Shown here in pieces: positions 21,482 through 32,649 of a stretch of DNA of 43,716 nt (its first letter is position 1; each line of letters starts with the position of its first letter). The position numbers and the translations under genes were made by a program. Source of the stretch: Malassezia furfur (taxonomy: Eukaryota); NCBI GenBank assembly GCA_052055015.1, contig JBQJIT010000044.1. One strand, given 5' to 3'. Below the pieces are notes generated by a model that searched no databases, was not told the origin of the DNA, and worked only from the letters and a program-made list of their open reading frames with translations.

Positions 21482-22792
21482 CTACTTGGACACGCGCAGC
21501 ACAGCGAGCTCGCGCAAGAGCTCCTCGCGCTCCTGCTCCTGCGCGACCTGCTCGGCCGCACGCACCTGCTGCCTCTCCTTCCACCGGCGCATGCGCCACT
21601 TGCGGCCCTGCTCGTTCGTGAGGTCCTTGGTCATCAGAAGCTCGATCGGCATCGCATCGACCTCACGCTTGCTCGGCGCATACGCCAGGCGCCCGGCCGC
21701 ATCGCGCTCGTACCCGCTCGCGCTCGTGCTCAGCGCCGCCCAGTTACCGCCCGCCGCTGGGCCGACCCGCGGCGCAATGTCCAAGTAGTCGCTCGCTGCA
21801 AACACCTGGCCGCCGTTCGCGAGATGCGTCTGCACCGCATCATCCCGGACAAAGTCAGCGAGACGCTCTTCCTCGGCACGCACCATCTCGGAGACGCTCG
21901 GCGCCTGCGCGATGGGCGGCGGACGGATGGACTCCTTGAAGTCAAAGCCCGCATAGGTCTTTGCGCCCGCAGGCGCGGCGTCCGAGGCGTTGTGCGCGGC
22001 ACGCTTCTTTTCAAGCTGCGCCTCCCAGTGCGCACGGCGCTCGGCCGCGATCGCCTCGTTCGCCGGCGTGGTGCGCGGCTTGGTCATGGGCAGCAACACA
22101 GGGTCTTCGGGCACCCACGGCACAAAGGTCTCCTCCTGGACGACCTGACCGTCGGCGTGCGTCTCGTTAAATGGACGCCGGCGCTCGGGCATCTTGGGCC
22201 ACGGCACCTCGATGCGCTCCATGGCACGGCCGGCACGGATGGCCTCCTCGGTGGTCGCCTTGACCACCGCAAAGCGCTTCCAGCAGAACATGTTCTTGCG
22301 CTTGTCGAAGAAGGGCTTGGAGCGCTCGATGCGCGACGCGTACATGTCCGTGTTGGGCACCTTGAGCACGACCTTCGAGTAGTGTACCGGGCGCGGCACC
22401 GACTGCACGTTGGGCGAGAAGCCCTTCTCCGGCCCTGCCTCGGGGTCGACCAGCCGTGGAATGACGTGCTTGATATTTTTGGGTGCGCGTTTGTTTTCGT
22501 CGTTCAGGTCGCGCAGCCAGATACGGTTGTTGGTGCGGTCCACGGAGGTCACGATGCCCTCACCGCGGATCTGCCGGTCTTGTTCGTCATGACCGATGGC
22601 ACCGCTCCGCAGCTTGACCACATCTCCAGGCACAATATTCCAGAACGCAATACGGTCCTTTGGATGCACAAACGGCGGCTGTGACTGCATATACGATGGC
22701 CGCAGCTTACGCGCGAACTTATCATTCGTGCCCATCCATAGATGGTCGAGCGACCGCAGGACACGGCGGTTCGTACCCGCGCGAGACGCCAT
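21482..22792 (-). CDS. MRPL40: Mitochondrial large ribosomal protein uL24m (KOW)
   Basis: KDRIAFWNIVPGDVVKL; PRPVHYSKVVL; FCWKRF; IEVPWP; MPIELL. Confidence 0.78.
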   Translation of the reverse strand: MASRAGTNRRVLRSLDHLWMGTNDKFARKLRPSYMQSQPPFVHPKDRIAFWNIVPGDVVKLRSGAIGHDEQDRQIRGEGIVTSVDRTNNRIWLRDLNDENKRAPKNIKHVIPRLVDPEAGPEKGFSPNVQSVPRPVHYSKVVLKVPNTDMYASRIERSKPFFDKRKNMFCWKRFAVVKATTEEAIRAGRAMERIEVPWPKMPERRRPFNETHADGQVVQEETFVPWVPEDPVLLPMTKPRTTPANEAIAAERRAHWEAQLEKKRAAHNASDAAPAGAKTYAGFDFKESIRPPPIAQAPSVSEMVRAEEERLADFVRDDAVQTHLANGGQVFAASDYLDIAPRVGPAAGGNWAALSTSASGYERDAAGRLAYAPSKREVDAMPIELLMTKDLTNEQGRKWRMRRWKERQQVRAAEQVAQEQEREELLRELAVLRVSK

Positions 22793-22825
22793 AGCGGTGT
22801 GACGAGAAGGACGAAGAAGTGGTGT

Positions 22826-22831
22826 CACGTG
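22826..22831. promoter_or_regulatory. CACGTG E-box in the MRPL40/ssSPT divergent promoter
   Basis: GTCACGTGCC at the centre of a 70-nt gap. Confidence 0.55.
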
Positions 22832-22862
22832 CCTTCCTGTCCTTGCCGAACCACCTCCGCCG

Positions 22863-23274
22863 ATGTCGAGTACGGGGGCGAACGTCAACCGGGACTCGGT
22901 GTTGCGCCATCGGCACGCGCGTGAGGCCGACGGGATGGTGCAACCCTACCCGGCGCACATGCAAACCAGGCGAGGTCATGAGGAGGAGGACTTTATCGTG
23001 CTGCGTCCCCCGAAGCGCCCCAAAGAATACCAACCGACCATATTCACGCCGCTCGTGAACGCGCTCTGGCGCGTCGGCATGGGCATCTCCGGCATCATTG
23101 GATTTAACCTGATGGAGCCCATGGAGAAGTTCTTCTTGTGTACGTCATTGCGGTGCTGACCCAGTGTTGATCTACGCATTGCTCATCTCCGGCATCGGCC
23201 TGGCCATCTTCCACTTCCCGGCGTACACCCAGCTAGCGATGCGCCGTCTGCATTACTACCTCACGGGCGAGTGA
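22863..23274 (+). CDS. Serine palmitoyltransferase small subunit-like protein (intron 23140-23164)
   Basis: WRVGMGISGIIGFNLMEPMEKFFL|LLIYALLISGIGLAIFHFPAYTQLAMRRLHYYLTGE* matches the ssSPT pattern '(L/M)EP.EK - TM - P...RR..YY..G'. Confidence 0.7.
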
Positions 23275-23338
23275 CGTGCAGCAAAGTATTTCTATCTTGT
23301 GCACCACAGCGATCGTCTGCAGCTCGTAGCAGCTCATC

Positions 23339-23860
23339 CTATGTAGAAAAGTCTTCTTGACCCAGCATCGAGGGCCCAAAACTCACGGGAAGCAACGCTT
23401 CCATGTCGAGGACAAGTACATTGTCTTCTTGCAGGTCGGCAACCGACGTCGCTTTGCCTTGGTATCCTTGTGGTTTCCATCGCTGGTTCGGCATAAAAAA
23501 GACTGTGTGCCCCACACAAAATTCACGGAGCACCTGCCGACACACACCACACGGCGAGCACGGCTCGCTTCCATCCGACGAGACGGCGACCGCATGGATT
23601 TTATGTGCACGTAATTCAGGCGTCGTCTTCATTTTGACAATGGCGGTGCGCTCTGCACAAATGGCACATCCTGGATAAGCTCCTCACGTACCATACGACG
23701 CATTTTCCACATTCGCACCCTGGACATGTGTCCCGTCGTCAAGCAGCAGTGCAGCACCCACTCGATACTTGCTATACGGGGAGTACGACAGGTCCTTGGC
23801 CGCGATGGCGTCCTGCATCAGCGCATCCTTGTGCGTCTGCACCAGATCCCAGTTTATCAT
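23339..23860 (-). CDS. CDD1: Cytidine deaminase (intron 23671-23691)
   Basis: SYSPYSKYRVGAALL; GANVENASY|GCAICAERTA; SPCGVCRQVLREF; LLPVSFGP. Confidence 0.95.
23671..23691 (-). other. 21-nt spliceosomal intron
   Basis: GTACGTGAGGAGCTTATCCAG; in-frame TGA; removal restores ENASYGCAICAE. Confidence 0.9.
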
Positions 23861-23942
23861 AATTCGGAGGGAGCCCCACTCCACTTGGCCTGTGCACAAA
23901 CAATTGGGGAGATGTCCACCGGTGATGACTACGCAACCTCGC

Positions 23943-26335
23943 CTACTTGTAGTGGATGTCGAGGAGAACCGCTTGGCTCAGCATACGGGCTTCACAGTCC
24001 GGCTCCACCAGGATCGTCTGGGTTTCGTCAATGAGGATCGCCGGCCCATCGACCTTCTCAAAGCGTTCCAAGTCCCGCAGACGCACAATCGCCGTCGGCA
24101 CACGACCCAGGTTGTCAAAGTAGACGTCGCGACGCGGTGCGTCCTTTAGCGCCTTTGCAGTAGTGAAGGCACCATCTCCCTTCTTCTTGATCTGCTCTGC
24201 ATGCTCTCCTAGCACGGAAGGACCAAGCGAGTCGAATGAGCGACCCACTGCCTTGACACGGACGTCATCGACAATGATTTGGCGATTCTCGAGCACGAAG
24301 CCGAACTCTTGGCGGTATGCATCCACAAAGACCTTCTCCATGTCCCAAGAGTCGGCAGGCTTGAGCGTCATTAGCGAAGTGTCTGTCCCATCGTAGCGCA
24401 TGTGCAGGAACACCTCGGTGTGGATGCGGTCCTTGGCGAAGCCCTGGCGCTCGAGCTCCTGGACGACCTTTTTCTCGAGTTCTTCCACACGCGACTGGAT
24501 ACGGCCATGTGCATTGGAAAGATCCGGCGATGTGGTGTGCTCCCATGCCTCGTTGCACGGCTGCTGCGCCTCAAAGACACGGTCTGCCAGGGCCATCCCG
24601 TAGGCCGAAAGAATCGAAGAGTATTTGTGGACCACCACGGTGGTGATGCCAAGCGAGCGCGCAATCGAGCATGCATGCTGACCGCCAGCTCCACCAAAAC
24701 TCGACAACACATGCTTCGAGGTCGAGTAGCCGCGCGCCTGAGTCAGCGAGCGGATCGGCCGGCACATGGCCTCGTTCGCGACACGGATGAACCCCTGCGC
24801 TACCTCGTCGACACTCATGTTGCGTCCTGTCTCCTGGTTGATTTGGCGCGTGAGGTCCTCGAAGGCCTTGCGCGACAGCTCCTCATCCAGGCCCTCATTT
24901 TCGTTCGGGCCAAAAATCTTGGGGAACATTTCAACCGCCAGGCGGCCCGTCACGAGATTAGCATCTGTGATGGCCAGTGGCCCACCCTTGCGATAGCACG
25001 TCGGCCCTGGGTGTGCCGAGGCGGACTCAGGACCGACAACAAACAGGCCGTTCCGGAAAAAGAGACGCGACGAGCCGCCCGAAGCGACCGTGTTGACGTC
25101 CAGTTGCGGGCTCTGAATCGTGACGCCGTCAATGGTGGTTTCCATCACTTGCTCGTAGCGGCCGGCGAAGCGCGACACATCCGTGCTGGTGCCGCCCATA
25201 TCGAAGCCGATACAAGGGCGCCCATCGTCCTTGTCGTACGAGGTGAGTGCCATACCAACGACACCACCCGCAGGTCCACTGATGATGGACTTGAGCCCAC
25301 TAAAGTGCTCCACGGATGTCAGTCCACCGTCAGACATCATGAACTCGACACGCGTCCCGGCTGTGCCATCGCGCAGTGACGCATCGAATCCCGCAAAGAA
25401 TCCATCGATGTAAGACTGCAGCACGGGTGTCAGATACGCATCGGCCGTGGCTGAGGTCGCGCGCGGGACCATTTTGATCATGGGCATGAGTTCGGCGCTG
25501 CAGCTGATGCTGGGGAAGCCAATTTCTTGTGCAATCTTCTTCACCGCCTGTTCGTGCTCCGGGAACGTGTAGCTGTACATGAACACAATGGCAAGACTCC
25601 GGTACCCATCATCATACAGTTTCTGCAGGTCCTTCCGCACGCGCTCCAAGTCGGGGCGCTTCAACACGGCGACGGCCTCCCCGGAAATCCCTTGAACAAT
25701 CTCCGGCGCAACGTAGGGCGCACCGGCGGCACCCACACTAGGCGGCAGGTCCGCACCCGAGTACTCTTTCTTGATAGGAGCATCACGCGCCGTCGACGCA
25801 AATTGGACTGCATGCTCGCGCGCTTTCGGGTCGGAGGTGTAACCTACCACCGTCACCCGCTCGTCGACCTCGAGAACCTCGGAGTAGAGGACGTCGGGCT
25901 TGTGAATCGCGAGGTCAAAGATGGCAGGCCGCGCCTGATTGCCTATCCGCACAATATCGCGGAAGCCATGGGTGGTTACGAGGACATGCTTTTCGCCCGT
26001 GCGCTCCAACAGGGCGTTGGTCGCAACGGTCGTGGAGAGACGAATGTACTCTGGTGTGAGTGCGTGACGTACCAATATCATGCGTGGCAATCTTCTCGGA
26101 TCGTGGAATGCTGCGCCCTGTTGCCGCTTCGAGGATCCGCCGGATGCCCTCGGTGGGCGCATCCTTGTAGTTGGAGGGGTCGCGAGACAAGAGCTTAATC
26201 ACGATATCCCGCGGCTCCTCTCCTGGGCTCTTTGCAGGGATACGGCCCAGGCAGTCAGTGAAAGTACCTCCACGGTCTGTGGTCAGTGTGGTGCGCAAAT
26301 GCCGTACCGATAGCAATTTGGATGCCCCCCGTCAT
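23943..26335 (-). CDS. OXP1: 5-oxoprolinase, N-terminal hydantoinase-A half only (introns 26277-26307, 26051-26072)
   Basis: [94 protein letters not shown]. Ends VLLDIHYK* with no hydantoinase-B domain. Confidence 0.88.
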
Positions 26336-26408
26336 TGTGGATCGAGGCAAGCACGCGCCGCACTGTCCCCCCCGATCTCCCGGGAATCTGGAGAGCACCT
26401 CCACCTCC

Positions 26409-26670
26409 ATGCCGAAAGCGCGCACGACCGGAACACTGGAGGGTCTCGACCTCGGTGCGCAGAACCCGGACATGAGCGCCGAGAGCAACCAGTACACCAA
26501 GTACACAGACCCATGCAAGCGTGCTGCGATGCAGTCTATGAAATGCTTAGAGCTCAATGCGCACGACAAGACAAAGTGCCACAACGAGTTCTTCATCTAG
26601 TACGTGCCACATCTCACCCAGCCGCCGGTGCAAGCAGGAATATACGCGGAGGAAGCGCGAGGGCGCGTAA
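26409..26670 (+). CDS. COX23: Twin CX9C mitochondrial IMS protein Cox23 (intron 26600-26621)
   Basis: YTDPCKRAAMQSMKC (CX9C). The second CX9C, CHNEFFIY|RRC, forms only after removal of the 22-nt intron. Confidence 0.85.
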
Positions 26671-26674
26671 ACAT

Positions 26675-27833
26675 CTATACGTCTACTTGTGCTGTGTTTG
26701 TCGTACCGGCATTGCGGTAGCGGCGGACCATACCGTCGTCTCCACCCGTCACAAAATCCGAGCCAGGCACCAGCAGTTGGGTCGATACGGCCTCTTGCTC
26801 GGACGTCTTGGCCTCCTGTGGCTTCCACGACAGGCCCCAAACTGCCGTGGGTTGTGTAAACGTAGCGACAGTGGTCACCGGAGAGGCGCCGAGGTCCCAT
26901 AGCTGCACAGCGCCATCCGAGCCACATGTCGCGACAATCCGGCCGTCTCCACTGGCCTGGATGCCAAGCACCCAGCCTTGGTGCCCTTGGAGTGCCGTAA
27001 TGGTACTGGGTGCCCGCGAGGGACTCACGCCTTGCAAGTCATGGATGGTTGTGGTCCGATCGTCAGAACCGACGAACAAATTGTCGCCGTAAGTCGAATT
27101 TGGCGAGCTGAAATAGAGGGCACGCACGGGTTGTGCATGGTCGGTGATGATGGCGAGTTGAGTGCGCGTCTCGACGTCGAAAAGAAGCACAAACCCATGA
27201 TTTGTACCCACGGCCAGAAGCGAGCCGTCGTGGTTCTGGGTCAGTTCGAGCACGTACAAAGGCTACAGTCAACGCAAATACCTCGGGCTCCTTGTCAGCC
27301 ACGGGGAAGCGAGCGATGCTCTCTCCAAAGGAATCGGGTGCGGCAGAGAATAACACGACGTCAAGGCCCTCGCCCGCAGCGACAAACGTCTCTCCAGAAG
27401 GATGCAGCGCCGTCGCCCATGCTTGCACACCGTAGGGCTGGCCTTCGACCAGGGCTTGGTCGAGTTTGCAGGATTTTTGAAGCACAAGCGCCTCTTCGCC
27501 CCAGCTCCATAGCGCGATTTGACCATCGATGCTGCAGCTAAGAAGCTGCTTTCCGCTCTGACTGGATGAAAGAGAGACGATCCCTAGCTCATGAGGCGTC
27601 TTACTTTCCTCAGGCTTTCCTGTCCCTTTTTCGGGGTCACTGCATGTTAGTTGTACACGAACATCACAGCCAACTGGCCTGTGGAAAGACCAGCAATAAT
27701 GCCCTGTCGGAGCCACTGAACTTGCCACACGGATACGTCCGAGCCTGTGTCAGTGTATGCATGCCATACCAAGCGACAGCTGAAACTCTTCCAGGTACTG
27801 CAAGGACTACACGTCAATGGATCCACGTACCAT
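26675..27833 (-). CDS. SKI8: WD40 protein Ski8/WDR61 (introns 27807-27830, 27745-27769, 27640-27662, 27236-27257)
   Basis: M|SLQYL; PHELGIVSL; CSIDGQI; DHAQPVRALYFS; GSDDRT; GHQGWVL; TCGSDGAVQLWD; FVTGGDDGMVRRY. Confidence 0.8.
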
Positions 27834-27880
27834 CAAGTTCTCGAGCAGCCTCCACATCCTTCGCTGTCGCGACGTCACCG

Positions 27881-29002
27881 ATGAGTGCGAATTCTGCGGC
27901 GCGAACGCGTCCCGCACCACGTTTATCGCTACTACCTATGCCGGAGTTCATACGCAAGCTCTTCACAAGCTTCCCATTGCACGAATGGCCTAGCGCACAG
28001 GCGGGCACTGCCGAGCCGGAGCTGGAAAAAGTGTCGGAGAAACCCACGCTCTATGTTGCGACGAAGTGGCCCGGGCAGTGGGCAAGTGCAGACCCCGTGT
28101 GCTTGCGTTGGCAGATGGAGCTTTTGCTTCGCGGTGCCGACTTTGATGTTGTCGCCTTGGATGATGTGTACTGGGCTCCCGAGGGGAACGCTCCATTCCT
28201 ACAACTTGCGCCGTCGCAGCGTGCATCGATGGAGGGCACCGAGCGTTTGCCGGGGCTGGTGGGGATGGCCGGTATCCCACACTTTGTCGAGAACCATTAC
28301 CCACTTGATCGCCCAGAACTTGAGGAGAAATCGGTCTGGCCATCGGAAGAGGTGAAGCATGAAAGTATTGCATGGCGGACACTCCTGTACGGAAGACTTA
28401 CCGCGGGAGCTTTGCTCCTTGCGCTCCAATCTAATGTGTTTGCGCCAAAGGAGGCCTCAGAGCCGCTTCTCCGGTCCGTACTGGCTCCCCTTATGCCCGG
28501 CGAGGCGACGCTGGAGCAGCGCGAGCTCGGGCGCGTGGTGCAACTTGCGTCAGCTGGTGCTTCATACCAAAGCGTGAATGCTGTGTTTGGATCCGACTCT
28601 CTTGCTGACCAGCGTAACCCGCTTTCGGTTGTGCCGGGCTATACTGTGGACTTTGTTGGTGTGTTCAGTGGCACATCCCAGCAGAATGCACAGGACGAGG
28701 ATTTGGAAGAGCCGCCACTTTCCTTGCAGATAAACCAAGATGCCATTTTGGAGCAGGCGACTCATGCACTGCACGCATGTGCTGCGCGTCTGGATGCGGA
28801 TTTGAAGCACAATCCGGACGCATGGATGCTCGGTGCCTCGCGCGCTACATCGCTGGACTGTCTTCTATTTGCTGCTGTCCACACCATTCTCATGACCCCT
28901 CATGACTCTCTTGGAGCCAACAGCTCGCTCCGTCTCGCTGTGGATCGGCATCCCTCTCTCGTGTCCTACATCGAGCGTCTCCGCAAGAAGCTGCCGCAAT
29001 AG
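27881..29002 (+). CDS. SAM35: Mitochondrial outer-membrane SAM complex subunit Sam35/metaxin-like
   Basis: MPEFIRKLFTSFPL; SADPVCLRWQMELLLRG; APEGNAPFL; GST-like C-terminus TSLDCLLFAAVHTIL...LVSYIER. Confidence 0.7.
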   Translation: MSANSAARTRPAPRLSLLPMPEFIRKLFTSFPLHEWPSAQAGTAEPELEKVSEKPTLYVATKWPGQWASADPVCLRWQMELLLRGADFDVVALDDVYWAPEGNAPFLQLAPSQRASMEGTERLPGLVGMAGIPHFVENHYPLDRPELEEKSVWPSEEVKHESIAWRTLLYGRLTAGALLLALQSNVFAPKEASEPLLRSVLAPLMPGEATLEQRELGRVVQLASAGASYQSVNAVFGSDSLADQRNPLSVVPGYTVDFVGVFSGTSQQNAQDEDLEEPPLSLQINQDAILEQATHALHACAARLDADLKHNPDAWMLGASRATSLDCLLFAAVHTILMTPHDSLGANSSLRLAVDRHPSLVSYIERLRKKLPQ

Positions 29003-29084
29003 TGCTTAGCAATCTGGATTGTGGAGGTGGGGTTATCTGCGCACGTTTGCGTTTTGCCGGTGAATAGGGTCAACAAGATCGACC

Positions 29085-30074
29085 ATGCCACTCCCTGAAA
29101 GCGTGAAAGACATCTTGGCGGGTATGTGCATTTGCTGACCTAGGCACATCCGGTGGCATTGCCCAGGTGCTGGTGGGCCAGTAAGTTCTTCCCTCCTCGT
29201 GCTCATATGTCAGACCTTTCGATATTGTCAAGGTGCGCGTGCAGACCGCCCCACCTGGCCGTTACTCGGGGATTGTCGAGTGCATCGGTGACATTTTCAA
29301 GAAGGGGGGCGTTACGGCCTTCTACAAAGGCACCGAGCTCCCCTTGATTGGTGTCGGTGCCTGTGTCTCTATCCAGTTTGGTGTTGTGCAATACATTAAG
29401 CGCATCTTCCAGAACCAGAATATGGCTGTGCATGGAAAGAAGGGCCTGCATCTTACGCAATCCCAGCTGTATCTGTCTGGCGCTGCGGGCGGCATCGCGA
29501 ATAGTGTCATTGCTGGGCCTATTGAGCATGTCCGTATCCGTCTGCAGACGCAGCAGACTGCGATCTACTCGGGTCCATTCGACTGCCTGCGCCAGTACGT
29601 GATTCGCTTACGCCAGGATGAAAGCTCAGGGTGGCATTACGGGTGTATTCCGTGGCTTCTCTCCTACGCTGATCCGTGAGGGCCACGGTATGGGCATTTA
29701 CTTCTTGACGTATGACTACATCGTCCAGCAAACCATGAAGAAGCAGCATCTCGAGCACCGCTCGCAGCTTTCTCCTACGGTGCCGCTTCTGGCCGGCGCG
29801 ACAGCGGGTCTGGTTCTGTGGCTGGCTGTGTATCCGATCGATGTGATTAAGTCGTACATGCAGACGGATGCGCTGCTCCCTTCGGAGCGTCGTTTCCGCG
29901 GGATGTCGGACGTGGTCCGGCACGTCTACGCGACGTCCGGTGTGGGCGGCTTTTTCCGCGGGATTGTCCCGACGCTCATTCGTGTACGTTCTCCCGCTGA
30001 CACAGGCGCCTTTCGCGAACGGCGCCACCTTCTTGGCTTTCGAGCTGGCGCTCCACGAACTCTCTCGTTTCTAG
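29085..30074 (+). CDS. Mitochondrial carrier (SLC25), Ymc1/Ymc2-like (introns 29122-29143, 29181-29213, 29595-29616, 29984-30005)
   Basis: KDILA|GTSGGIAQVLVGQ|PFDIVKVRVQT; PLIGVGACVSIQF; PIEHVRIRLQ; REGHGMGIYFLTY; YPIDVIKS; IR|APFANGATF. Confidence 0.9.
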
Positions 30075-30079
30075 ACTAC

Positions 30080-31047
30080 TTAGGCAAACGCCGCGATGGC
30101 CTGATCAAGCTCTGCTTGCCGCAAAGCATATTCCGAAGCCAGCGTACTGGTCGGGGCCGCCTCGGCGAGGGCACTGCGTTAGAAAGATGCGCAACGTACC
30201 GTTCCTCAGTTTCCACATCCGCCTGCGACGCGTCGCGCGACAGGGCGGTAAATGCCGCCTGGTTCTCCAGCACAGTCGGATTGTGAGCATCAAGCGATGC
30301 CGCCTCCTGAATCGTCGCCAGTGCGCCAGCACTGTCGCTGAGTGCCGCGTTGGCGACCGCTTTGCCGACCAGGGTAGGGACCATATTGGGTGTATTCACC
30401 ACCACCGAGCTTTGGCTCAGCTCGTCGTACACGTAGTATGCCTGCTGTGTGGACCGGCCACCACGAACGAGCCCAATCCAGGCCTCCATGAACTGCACAA
30501 GAAGCGAATCGTCGCCCCATTGGCGCACCGCCATGTATTCCTTTTCCGCCAAATCCAAACGGTGGATCGCGAGAAGAATATGGACGCCCAACGCGACGCA
30601 TTCCAGCTCGCATGATCCTCCCGCGCCCGTGACACCCAGCGTCTCGAGCGCACTCGTCGCATTGCCAGCAGTGTACTGTGCGAGGGCAACGTTGTATCGG
30701 ACAATCTCACTCGCCAACTCACCCGGCTCGGTCATGTCCAAGAGAGATTCCAATGGCTCAATCATACTTGCCGCATCCTCTGGGTCCGTCTGCGCAGCTT
30801 CAAGATAATCGGCGAGAAGCAGCACCGACATGGCGACGGGCGACGCAGCATCGTCGCCGAGAAGTTGACGCGCCTGCGCAAAGTCGTTCAAGGCCACGGC
30901 CGAGCGGGCAGCGTATACGAGGCGAATCAGGCTGACGTCGTCAACAACACCGTTTGGCGCCTGCTTTTTTGCCTGCATGATGCATCCCTGGTATGCATTT
31001 TGGTAGTACAGGCTCTGAATGTCAAACGTCACCGGGTCCACACTCAT
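30080..31047 (-). CDS. SEC28: Coatomer subunit epsilon (intron 30174-30199)
   Basis: YYQNAYQGC; LECVALGVHILLAIHRLDLAEKE; DDSLLVQFMEAWIGL; QQAYYVYDEL. Confidence 0.88.
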
Positions 31048-31137
31048 GGTCGCGCGCGGTCGAAGGCGGTGGAGCGGCACCGGCGCACCTCCATCCCTCC
31101 ACACTCTGGTCGATACGCACGGGGGTGCCTACGAAAC

Positions 31138-32373
31138 CTACTTGTCGCTCTTCTCCTCCTTTTCGTTCTCCTGGTCGGCGAGCGTCTTGAAGTAGATCGG
31201 CTTGTCCGAGCCAAGGCCCTTAGCACCCTTCTTGAAGTTCTCCTCCGGAACACCAAGCTCGAGAAGACGCGAGTACACCGAGGCAAAGTCCTTGCGCCAG
31301 TCGTCGTCGCTCTCCGCGTAGCGCTTCACGTACTCCTTGAACTTGGGGTCCTCAAAGAACGCATAGTCGGCAGGCAGCATCATAAGCTGCTTGTCGGGGT
31401 CCTGGTACTGGAACGGACCATCCCACTTGCGCGGCGCCCACTTGGTATCGAGCAGCTCTGTGTAGAAAGCGTTGGTGAACGACGTCGGCGAGAAGGTCCA
31501 AGGGCCATCATAGCCACTGTTGTAGGTGTGGCAGCGACCCATAGCGTGCGCACCAACCAGGGCCGTCAGCTCCTGGTCGTTGAAGCCCAGGCGCTCGCCG
31601 AGCGAGCGCAGGCGCTTGGGGTCTTCAGTGCCGTCCGGCAGGTTGTCGGCATGCGTCTCGCTCTCCGGCTCGTCCTCACGACCCGGGCGCCAGGGGATCT
31701 CGGGACCGCCCATCTCCTGCGTCGCACACACACCAGCAAGCGTCCAGAGGTCCGAGTACGAGATCCAAGGAAATTCTTCCTTGAACGGCTCCAGGAACTT
31801 GCGCGCATTCTGCAAGCCGGCGTTGGCTTCGTAGCTCGCCTCCTTCTTGAAGCGCATCGTAGCACCGTTGCTGCCGCCCGTCTTGGTCTTGGTGTCGTAC
31901 GTGCCACTGCTGTGCCACGAGAGACGCAGGACGACGGGGGCGTAACTGCCGTCATCAAATTCGCTGTCCTCCAGCGACTCGGCAATACGGTTGTAGACCT
32001 TCTGGTAGTCCTCGAGCGTGGGGGCCTTGTCGCCACTGGGCTTGGCCGCCTGGGCTGCCGCACCCGCAGCGCCCGCCGCACTCTTCTTGCCCGACTTCTT
32101 CTCGTCCATCTCAGACATGTCACCAGCGAGCCAGAACTTGAAGTCATCACGGACAATGAATGCGTAGCTCACCGTAGCGGCAAGCATCACCACAGTGAGG
32201 AACATGTTCGACTCCTCGGCAAAGCTCTTGGTGCGCGGGCGCTCAGAGCTGTAAGCGCGCACGCTGCCAAGGCCGGAGCGTGGGATGGCGGTACGCGGCG
32301 CTGCGGCCGTGCGCAGCGCCGGGGTGCCGCGTACAGGGCGCGAGACACGGAATGCGTTACGTGCGAAAGACAT
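31138..32373 (-). CDS. CCP1: Mitochondrial cytochrome c peroxidase
   Basis: Bipartite presequence; [81 protein letters not shown]. Confidence 0.95.
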   Translation of the reverse strand: MSFARNAFRVSRPVRGTPALRTAAAPRTAIPRSGLGSVRAYSSERPRTKSFAEESNMFLTVVMLAATVSYAFIVRDDFKFWLAGDMSEMDEKKSGKKSAAGAAGAAAQAAKPSGDKAPTLEDYQKVYNRIAESLEDSEFDDGSYAPVVLRLSWHSSGTYDTKTKTGGSNGATMRFKKEASYEANAGLQNARKFLEPFKEEFPWISYSDLWTLAGVCATQEMGGPEIPWRPGREDEPESETHADNLPDGTEDPKRLRSLGERLGFNDQELTALVGAHAMGRCHTYNSGYDGPWTFSPTSFTNAFYTELLDTKWAPRKWDGPFQYQDPDKQLMMLPADYAFFEDPKFKEYVKRYAESDDDWRKDFASVYSRLLELGVPEENFKKGAKGLGSDKPIYFKTLADQENEKEEKSDK

Positions 32374-32500
32374 AAGACACAACGGTTACTAGGCAAGCTC
32401 GCCAGCGTAGCCGCCTGCGGCGCACGCTGCTCGATCGAGCCACACTTCATTTGACACGGTACAGGGGCGTCGCCCATGATTGCATAATACGCATCCTTTC

Positions 32501-32530
32501 ATTGGCTATACACACGGACGTGCGCCCAAT
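32501..32530. promoter_or_regulatory. Two CCAAT boxes upstream of CCP1
   Basis: ATTGG at 32501-32505 and CCAAT at 32526-32530. Heme-protein genes are established targets of the fungal CCAAT-binding complex/HapX; function here is unproven. Confidence 0.3.
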
Positions 32531-32649
32531 CCGGGGCGGGACATTACGGACGGGCTCGTGCGGTCAGACCACCGGGACAGGGCCGACCCGGCCAGTTGGC
32601 CCCGGCGAGAGGAGAGTTGTAGTAGTGGTCGATTCCGGTGGCACCAACA

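Noticed and set aside
23860..23945. Spliced OXP1-CDD1 fusion via AA|GTAGGC...CACAG
   Set aside because: The resulting frame is out of phase with CDD1 and hits a stop.
16238..26621. In-frame stops in PAF-AH, PCS60, CDD1 and COX23 as pseudogenes, stop-codon reassignment or selenocysteine
   Set aside because: Each stop lies within or across the boundary of a canonical GT-branch-AG micro-intron whose removal restores the motif spacing exactly.
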